Positions 57,270 to 64,000 of a DNA stretch of 64,000 bases are shown here, one piece after another. The notes below the pieces were generated by a model. That model worked only from the letters and a program-made list of their open reading frames with translations. It was not told where the DNA came from and searched no databases. This DNA is from Thermodesulfobacteriota bacterium (GTDB taxonomy: Bacteria > Desulfobacterota > Desulfobacteria > Desulfobacterales > C00003060): the NCBI GenBank assembly GCA_034189385.1, contig JAXHVD010000001.1, forward strand, positions 322,646 to 386,645, given 5' to 3'. Each line of letters begins with the position of its first letter. Position 1 is the first letter of the stretch. The position numbers and the translations under genes are program-made.

Positions 57270-58225
57270 CGTTGTCCCCCGATGACAAGATAAAGAATTG
57301 CCATGCGCACGGCCACGCCGTTGGTGACCTGGTCTAGGATGACCGAGTAGGGACCATCAGCCACCTCAGGCGCGATTTCAACACCCCTGTTGATGGGACC
57401 GGGATGCATGATCAGGACATCATCCCTGGCGCCGGCAAGGGTTACGGTATTGAGCCCGTAGCACTGGGCATATTCTCTTTCTGAGGGGAACAGGAATGCT
57501 TGCTGACGCTCCTTTTGGATACGGAGCATCATAATCACGTCAGCATCCTTGATCGCCTCCCGAACATGATACGTCACAGAAGCTCCAAGGGCTTCTATCC
57601 CTTTGGGAATCATCGTTGGTGGACCTGCCAGAACGACCTCTGCTCCCATCTTGATAAAGCCAATGGTATCAGAGCGGGCCACGCGGCTGTGGGCAATATC
57701 GCCTATGATGGCGACGCGGAGTCCCTTGAGATGGCCCTTTTTTTCACGCACCGTCATGATGTCCAGAAGCGTTTGGGAGGGGTGGGCGTGTGTTCCGTCG
57801 CCAGCATTGATGACAGAGGCCTGAACCAGCCGAGCCAGCATGTGTGGGGCCCCTGCTGCGTTGTGGCGAAGCACGATGGCGTCCGGGTTCATAGATTGGA
57901 GGTTTCTGGCCGTATCGATCAGCGTTTCTCCTTTGACAATGCTGCTGTTAGAGGCCGAGATGCTTACTGTGTCGGCACTCAACCTTTTGGCGGCAATTTC
58001 AAAGGACGTCCTCGTTCTCGTGCTCGGTTCATGGAAGAAATGGACAATGGTTTTACCTCGCAGGGTGGGGACCTTTTTGATAGGGCGGGTGGATATCTCT
58101 TTCAAAGATTCTGCCGTGTCGAGAATGAGCTCGATTTCCTTCACTGAGAGGCTCTCGATATCAAGGAGGTCCTTCTTCTCAAATTTCATTGGTTTGTCGG
58201 GGCTCATGGCGGCCTGTAAAATCAC
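57266..58225 (-). CDS. pyrB: Aspartate carbamoyltransferase catalytic subunit
   Basis: [23 protein letters not shown]; exact start uncertain (58225, 58207 or 58189). Confidence 0.96.
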   Translation of the reverse strand: MILQAAMSPDKPMKFEKKDLLDIESLSVKEIELILDTAESLKEISTRPIKKVPTLRGKTIVHFFHEPSTRTRTSFEIAAKRLSADTVSISASNSSIVKGETLIDTARNLQSMNPDAIVLRHNAAGAPHMLARLVQASVINAGDGTHAHPSQTLLDIMTVREKKGHLKGLRVAIIGDIAHSRVARSDTIGFIKMGAEVVLAGPPTMIPKGIEALGASVTYHVREAIKDADVIMMLRIQKERQQAFLFPSEREYAQCYGLNTVTLAGARDDVLIMHPGPINRGVEIAPEVADGPYSVILDQVTNGVAVRMAILYLVIGGQR

Positions 58226-58419
58226 TCCTCCTACGTGGGGCCAACGTCAGTCGGTTTTGTCAAGGGTTTTAACATGAAACTCCAGGGGACCGAATGAAGA
58301 TGACAAACGAGATCCAAATGGTTCAATGCCCGCGTCTTGGCCTGCGCTGCATCCATAGCAAGGTGTCGGCCCCGTGACACGGGAGATGCACGGGGAGGGT
58401 CCCTTTCGGCGTCAATCCC

Positions 58420-59076
58420 TTAATGGATAAGGCTTCCCAATCGTCGCCATCTGACGCCAGAGTCGTTAGTGTCCCATGACCAGTAGATGATGAACGCCTT
58501 GCCTCTTAGCATTGAAAAGTCCACAAATCCCCAGAACCGGCTGTCGTAACTGTGATCACGATTGTCGCCCATGACAAAGAGGGCCTCAGGTGGTACGGTG
58601 ATGGGGCCTAAATTGTCGCGGGGTCTTGCACTGCCTGGAATGATGTGAGGGTCCAGAAAAGTGCCGTGCATGTCCCCTTCCATTGGCTTGTGATTGAGAT
58701 ATATTTTCTTGTTCCGAATCTCCACCACGTCTCCAGGTGTGCCTATGACCCGCTTGATAAAATCCTTTTTAGGATCTTCAGGGAATTTGAATACCACAAT
58801 GTCTCCCGACTTGGGCTCTGCAATAGGGATGAGGGTGGTGTTAAGAAAAGGGAGTCTCACGCCATAGATGAACTTGTTCACGAGGATATGGTCCCCCACC
58901 AATAGGGTTGGCTTCATGGAACCTGAGGGGATCTTAAAGGCTTGTATGACAAAGGTCCGGATGAATAGGGCAAGGACAACGGCAATAACGATGGCCTCAA
59001 AGTATTCTCTAAAAATGCTCTTCTTCGGCTGAATGGGACCTTCAGATGGTCTGCCTTCTGATCTGTCTTCTCTCAA
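58420..59076 (-). CDS. lepB: Signal peptidase I
   Basis: IPSGSMKPTL, FIKRVIG, GDNRD.S.DSRFWG; start placed at TTG 59076. Confidence 0.95.
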   Translation of the reverse strand: MREDRSEGRPSEGPIQPKKSIFREYFEAIVIAVVLALFIRTFVIQAFKIPSGSMKPTLLVGDHILVNKFIYGVRLPFLNTTLIPIAEPKSGDIVVFKFPEDPKKDFIKRVIGTPGDVVEIRNKKIYLNHKPMEGDMHGTFLDPHIIPGSARPRDNLGPITVPPEALFVMGDNRDHSYDSRFWGFVDFSMLRGKAFIIYWSWDTNDSGVRWRRLGSLIH

Positions 59077-59098
59077 GGGGCTGGTTTCTTTCCTAACA

Positions 59099-60268
59099 TC
59101 ACACCGAGGGGAGAAATGCCTGTGGTTCCCCAAGGGTGAACTTTCCTTTCTGTATCCATTTTTTGAGAATTTGTGCAATCTCCCTGGCTCGGACCACACT
59201 CGACAGTGGAACAGTGGGTACCTCTTTGCCATTCACACGGATGGCACCACTCTTAAGTTCGCCATAACTGACCTTGCCGTAACTCTTGGATATGCCCTGT
59301 GGGTAGTCCCCTCCGTAGTCTACAATCTGGGTAAAGATGTCGTCGTCTGAAATAGCAGTAAACTGCACGATCTCTTCATTCATGATGGGAATAGGCACGC
59401 CGAGCCCCACGGCCAACGAGCAACCATAGCCTTGAATACTCACTCCGGCCAGCCACTTGGGACGCATTTTCTTGAGGTCGCCCATGACACACAGGGTGCC
59501 TGCTGGAGTCAGGGGGACCCCTTTTTTTGTCCGTTTTAGCTTGGGCTTATGTTGGGTGCCGTGCCAGACCACAAACCCCTCCCCGCCGCCAAGGAAGATC
59601 CTGGTGCCGACCCCAATCGTCCTGTAATAGGGGTCATTCATCAGGGGGCTTAGTTGCCCGGCAGAACAGTAGTTGGCATTGCCTGCGTGGGGCCTAAGGG
59701 TGCCCATGTATGTGTAAATGGTCTTGTTGCTGAAATTGACGGCGCAATTGTAGTTCTGATAGGCATTTCTTGGGTTACAGAGGGTTGCCTGCGGGAGCTT
59801 CTTTAAGGCAATTTCCTTTTCAATGCCCCGATTAGGATAACAGTCAGTTCCATAGGCCGTGGCCTTGAGGTGGATCCTTTCACCCGCCACAAGATCCTGA
59901 ATCACATGGCCGCCCCCATACTTGAACTCTCCGGGGTGTACCTTGTTCAGGGGGTCCTCTTCACACGGCTCCGTGGCCCCAATGTAGCAATCCACAGCGG
60001 CCAGACCAGCGTAGGCCGGAACATTGTTGAGCCAAACCTTGGAGGCCTTAATTCCCGGCGTTGAATGCCCGAAATTGATGAAGGCCCCAGAGGAACACAT
60101 AGGAGCGAAGGTTCCGGTGGTCACCACGTCCACCTGGTGGGCTGCCTGGACAGGACCATTTTCCTTTACAATATCAATGATTTCTTCGGCTGTGACGACA
60201 ACAGCCTTGCCAGCCCTGACCTTCTCGTTGATTTCCTGGAAGGTCTTTTGAATCCTATGCTTTTTCAT
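59099..60268 (-). CDS. Homocysteine biosynthesis protein (DUF39, aspartate-semialdehyde sulfurtransferase)
   Basis: VDVVTTGTF.PMCSSGA, YGGGHVI, GTDCYP, RNAYQNY, GQLSPL.NDP. Confidence 0.88.
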   Translation of the reverse strand: MKKHRIQKTFQEINEKVRAGKAVVVTAEEIIDIVKENGPVQAAHQVDVVTTGTFAPMCSSGAFINFGHSTPGIKASKVWLNNVPAYAGLAAVDCYIGATEPCEEDPLNKVHPGEFKYGGGHVIQDLVAGERIHLKATAYGTDCYPNRGIEKEIALKKLPQATLCNPRNAYQNYNCAVNFSNKTIYTYMGTLRPHAGNANYCSAGQLSPLMNDPYYRTIGVGTRIFLGGGEGFVVWHGTQHKPKLKRTKKGVPLTPAGTLCVMGDLKKMRPKWLAGVSIQGYGCSLAVGLGVPIPIMNEEIVQFTAISDDDIFTQIVDYGGDYPQGISKSYGKVSYGELKSGAIRVNGKEVPTVPLSSVVRAREIAQILKKWIQKGKFTLGEPQAFLPSV

Positions 60269-60332
60269 TTCTTGTCTCCCGGCGTCCAGAATGCTTCAAG
60301 AAGCACTTTCGTGAACCAAGTGCTGGAAAACC

Positions 60333-61721
60333 TTATCCTTTGTGGGCAATCTCATGGAGCTTGTCCGTGACGTTGTGTTTAATCCAGCTTGGGTCCCACC
60401 ACTCCACAGGGTTTACAAAGGTGTCATGAATCAGGGTCCCAAAGTGGAGATGGTCCCCTCCTGCCAGGCCTGTGCTGCCGGTAGAGCCGATAATGTCCCC
60501 CTTAGAGACTACCTGGCCAGGGGTCACCTGGATATGACTGAGGTGTGCATACATACTAAAAAGGCCGAAACCATGATCGATGAAAATGGTCTTGCCATAG
60601 ATGCCCAGATTTGCGGCAAAGGCCACACGGCCACTGTTGGAGGCAGGCACTGGCGAATTGGCAGTGGAGGCCAGGTCTACTCCGAGATGCACTTGATGGT
60701 CCACGTCGTGGCCCTCATATTGGTATGTGCGATGGTCCCCGAAAGCGGCTCTTCGGGCCGAACCTGGAAGCCTCAAAAATGGCCCTTCCCAGTGCCACTT
60801 GGCGTCACTGTAGTTGCACAGACCTTCAACCGTTTTGTGATTGGCCTGACGCACAGCCCTGTTCACTGCCAGAAACTTCTCAAGGAGAGAGGCAGAAGCC
60901 GTCTCTTTGTCTAACAGCCTTTCAAATTCAGGCGTCTTCTTCTTTAGAAAGGTCTCCGATAGGTTTAGCGTATCCTGTGCAAAAACCTTCCTGTTAATGT
61001 AATGGGTAAATCCCACCCGAGTCGCATTGCCAGCGCCATCGGTGGCCATCACATAGAGTTGGGCATCTGGGCTGCTATCGTAGGGGATGGCAAAAAAGGC
61101 AACAAAGACATTAGGATAAGAAGGGTTCTCCATTGATCCTGGAAAGAACCGGTCACCCACCTGCACGCCACTTTTGGCCACTGGCTCAGAGGTACGATAG
61201 ATGGCCAGACCAGCCCCTCCCTGATTGAGATTGTGTTGCCGGGAAACCATTTCCACATCAGGGGGCTGGGTGTCGATGGTCACCCGTTTCTCTTCATACG
61301 TTCGATTTCCCGACCACCACCTTCTAAAGGACTGATCCCAAACAGCTGTTCTGAGCAGTGCCTCCCCATCTTCTAGGCCGAGGCTCCGCACGTTGATGTC
61401 AACAGAGACCGGTCGCCTTCGAAGAGGTTCTCCCTTGAACAAGACCCTAGGAAACTCCTGATCAAGGAGGATCACTTCCCTTCCCTGTTGAAGGATGGCT
61501 ATCCATAGCCGTCTCAATCCGCTTTTTTGATCAAGGGCGGTTCCCTTCAACACCTTTGATGGGCCAATGAACTGGATCGGGCTGTCCCAAAGAAGTGTGG
61601 GCGATTCCCCCTCCAGGCCCTTGACCGCCAGCAACGTCAAAGGAACCACGATGGCAACTAAGGCTATTCCTAAGAAAAGGATGCCGCGCTTTGAGATTCT
61701 GAACCTACTTTTCCATGTCAT
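60333..61721 (-). CDS. M23 family metallopeptidase
   Basis: HLGVD, YAHL, GDHLHF; N-terminal TM. Confidence 0.9.
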   Translation of the reverse strand: MTWKSRFRISKRGILFLGIALVAIVVPLTLLAVKGLEGESPTLLWDSPIQFIGPSKVLKGTALDQKSGLRRLWIAILQQGREVILLDQEFPRVLFKGEPLRRRPVSVDINVRSLGLEDGEALLRTAVWDQSFRRWWSGNRTYEEKRVTIDTQPPDVEMVSRQHNLNQGGAGLAIYRTSEPVAKSGVQVGDRFFPGSMENPSYPNVFVAFFAIPYDSSPDAQLYVMATDGAGNATRVGFTHYINRKVFAQDTLNLSETFLKKKTPEFERLLDKETASASLLEKFLAVNRAVRQANHKTVEGLCNYSDAKWHWEGPFLRLPGSARRAAFGDHRTYQYEGHDVDHQVHLGVDLASTANSPVPASNSGRVAFAANLGIYGKTIFIDHGFGLFSMYAHLSHIQVTPGQVVSKGDIIGSTGSTGLAGGDHLHFGTLIHDTFVNPVEWWDPSWIKHNVTDKLHEIAHKG

Positions 61722-62013
61722 TAGGGTGGTCCCTCAAAAGTCGCGACGGACCATAACAATTTGTCTTTAAAGAATCAAGGTCGTTGTTTTCGCAAAGGGA
61801 ACTATTTCACCTACCCAGAGAGGCAGATGCCAGGGAGTAGATGTAACCATTTGAAAAACAAATATATTCGTCCTTTAGCTGTCTCCTCTAGGCGTTGGTG
61901 TCGGTCACACGACGTGCCTTGGGTCTTGACGGGGACAGCTTTTTGTACGACTCTGGCATTGAAGGAACGGATGGGGCTGTTTTTTTAAGCGACCTTAGGC
62001 AGTTCAGAAGATC

Positions 62014-62412
62014 ATGGCCAAGAGCACAACCCGTCATTTCTTGTATTATTGGCTCCCCGTTGTCGTGTTTTGCGCGCTCCTTTTTGCCCAATCCTCCTTT
62101 TCTACGCCGAAGTCAATGCCCGCCTTTCCTCACATGGACAAACTCCTACATCTTGTTGCCTACTCCATACTCGGGGCGTTGTTTCTCAGGGGATTTAGCA
62201 ATTCGAGATACAAGAGCCATGGATGGCTCATAAGGATAGCGAGCATCCTCCTGACGGGGATCTACGGCGCCACAGATGAGCTGCATCAGTATTATGTGCC
62301 CTTCAGGTCGGCCGACACATGGGATGTCACATGCGACTTCTTGGGTGGGTGCATCGGGGTCTATCTCTATCAAGTGATGGTGCGAAAGTATCCTAAACTC
62401 AGGCCCATCTAA
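62014..62412 (+). CDS. VanZ family membrane protein
   Basis: DKLLH...Y, DELHQ..VP.R...D...D. Confidence 0.85.
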   Translation: MAKSTTRHFLYYWLPVVVFCALLFAQSSFSTPKSMPAFPHMDKLLHLVAYSILGALFLRGFSNSRYKSHGWLIRIASILLTGIYGATDELHQYYVPFRSADTWDVTCDFLGGCIGVYLYQVMVRKYPKLRPI

Positions 62413-62597
62413 AACCGCACCCTCCACGGACCACTTATAGACGGCGCCAGGTGGGCATTCCAACACCGAAATCAGCCTTTTCCACGGGGGGGCACTCTGA
62501 CTCCCACAAGCAAATGCATGGAGAGTGGTCAGGCAAGCTCCGCAGCACCTCATCTAGAAGTGGCGCCCTTATAAGACAGAACTTCAGTAATCAGCTC

Positions 62598-63656
62598 TCA
62601 GTTGGACGATGAAGGCCTCAAGGAAAGGTGTGCCGTAAGATGACTATTGGCGCCCTGAGATATGGTCTGGCCTCTACGATCCACCCTGAGGCCATACTGG
62701 TTGAGCTTGTGTCTCAGCGTTCGGGAACTGATGCCCAATATCTTGGCCGCCTTTTTTCTGTCTCCCCCCATGCGGTACAATGCCGCCAAAATAGCCTTTG
62801 TCTCGGCCTCCTTCTTGACCTCCCGGAGCTCCCTCATATCAATTGGCTGTTCAAAATGCCACACGAAGTCAGAGGGAAGATGCTCCATTGCCACTACACC
62901 GGTATTATTGACAATGAACACCCTTTCTAAAAGGTTCTTCAGTTCTCGCACATTCCCCGGCCAATCATAGCGGCAAAAGATGTCCGTTACCTCTGGCGTC
63001 ACAGGAGGCTTGGGCTTCTTATATGTGGCAGCCAATTGAGTCAAGAAGTGATCCACCATCCTGGGGATCACCTCCTTTCTCTCTCTCAGAGGAGGAATGA
63101 ATATGGGAACCACCTGGAGCCTGTAGAAAAGGTCCTCTCGGAAGAGTCCTTTCTTGACCGCCTCTCTAAGATCCTTATTGGTGGCAGAGATGATCCGAAC
63201 ATCCACCTCAATGAGCTCATTTCCCCCTATCCGCAGAAACCGGGAGTCTTCCAGAATCCGAAGAAAATCCACCTGGTTCTCTTGAGGAACATCTGAGACC
63301 TCATCCAGAAAAAGGGTCCCCTTGTCGGACATCTCAAAACAACCTTTCTCTCGACGAATGGCGCCGGTGAAAGAACCCTTCTCGTGACCGAAGAGTTTAT
63401 CCTCAAACATGAGACCCGAAAGAACGCCGCAGTTGACCGGAACAAAAGGGTACTCGGCCCTCGGGCTCTGAAGATGAATAATCTTGGCAAGCATTTCCTT
63501 GCCCGTGCCACTCTCCCCGATGAGCAACACGTTCACATCGTACTTGGCTACTTCCTGCACCACCTTCATGATGGATCGCATCACATCAGAGCCCAAGATG
63601 AACTCCTGCATGATCGATTCCTCAAGGTGCTGTATGTAGGGGGATTGCAGTCTCAT
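62598..63656 (-). CDS. Sigma-54 enhancer-binding protein lacking an N-terminal sensory domain
   Basis: GESGTGKE close to the N-terminus, GSFTGA, FLDE, WPGNVREL, Fis-type HTH. Confidence 0.9.
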   Translation of the reverse strand: MRLQSPYIQHLEESIMQEFILGSDVMRSIMKVVQEVAKYDVNVLLIGESGTGKEMLAKIIHLQSPRAEYPFVPVNCGVLSGLMFEDKLFGHEKGSFTGAIRREKGCFEMSDKGTLFLDEVSDVPQENQVDFLRILEDSRFLRIGGNELIEVDVRIISATNKDLREAVKKGLFREDLFYRLQVVPIFIPPLRERKEVIPRMVDHFLTQLAATYKKPKPPVTPEVTDIFCRYDWPGNVRELKNLLERVFIVNNTGVVAMEHLPSDFVWHFEQPIDMRELREVKKEAETKAILAALYRMGGDRKKAAKILGISSRTLRHKLNQYGLRVDRRGQTISQGANSHLTAHLSLRPSSSN

Positions 63657-63748
63657 GGATAGGGCCTTGTTTAAATTGTGTTCACTTAGGGTCGTACATC
63701 CCCTTTACCCAATTGCCCAGTCGGTGTCAAACAGATTCCTCGTCAAAA

Positions 63749-63897
63749 CGGCAAGGTTTTGTCTATGTTGGCAAACTTTTGCCGAAATGACAGATCCAAG
63801 ACCCTGTGCAGCTAAAGATCTGAAAATATGATTCTATTAAATAACAATAGCTTATCTCGAAATAGAGGGGCCTGCTAGCCTTGGCACGGCCCTTGCT
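63749..63897 (+). promoter_or_regulatory. Sigma-54 promoter with candidate UAS and IHF-like site
   Basis: TTGGCACGGCCCTTGCT (63881-63897); GGCAAACTTTTGCC and GGCAAGGTTTTGTC about 100-130 bp upstream; TAACAATAGCTTA. Confidence 0.8.
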
Positions 63898-63913
63898 CAA
63901 AGGAGGGGGTCAT

Positions 63914-64000
63914 TTGGAGCAGGCGAAGATGGTGTCAAGAGAGTTGGTGAAGGACTTCGTGCGTCCCCTGGACAAGGGTTTGTATGTAGAAGAGGAGGAG
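63914..64000 (+). CDS. 5' end of a gene running off the window
   Basis: AGGAGG then an open frame (M)EQAKMVSRELVKDFVRPLDKGLYVEEEE. Confidence 0.5.
   Translation, partial: MEQAKMVSRELVKDFVRPLDKGLYVEEEE

Noticed and set aside
1..64000. CRISPR arrays, tRNA/rRNA genes, prophage or intact transposases
   Set aside because: No regularly spaced repeats, RNA gene signatures or corresponding ORFs were recognised by eye.

Overview
Bacterial chromosome segment, most likely Desulfobacterota (inferred from multiheme cytochromes, a DUF39 homocysteine enzyme, pilS-pilR-pilA-pilH-pilI-pilG order and frequent sigma-54 promoters). 1-7 kb: two tandem paralogous large multiheme cytochromes with carbohydrate-binding-like inserts; the first runs off the window and is missing from the ORF track. 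7.8-8.4 kb: a Phd/PIN toxin-antitoxin pair. 9-21.6 kb: a secreted/surface-protein cluster (TPR-beta-barrel, four beta-helix proteins, a dodecaheme cytochrome, a ZU5/M23-like/DUF1566 mosaic). 22-33 kb: a metal island with an FpvKCDE-like ABC system, DUF4198, a porin, a CbiM/L/Q/O ECF transporter and an RcnA-like protein. The rest is mostly housekeeping (gap, tsaD, rpsB-tsf-pyrH-frr-uppS-cdsA-dxr-rseP, pil locus, pyrBC, lepB) plus several MITE/REP-like repeats. The best novelty candidate is a structured, terminator-containing 5' leader present twice (22043-22172 and 26117-26234), each time between a promoter and a metal-uptake operon. I cannot match it to a known riboswitch class. All family calls are by-eye motif recognition; no database search was run.
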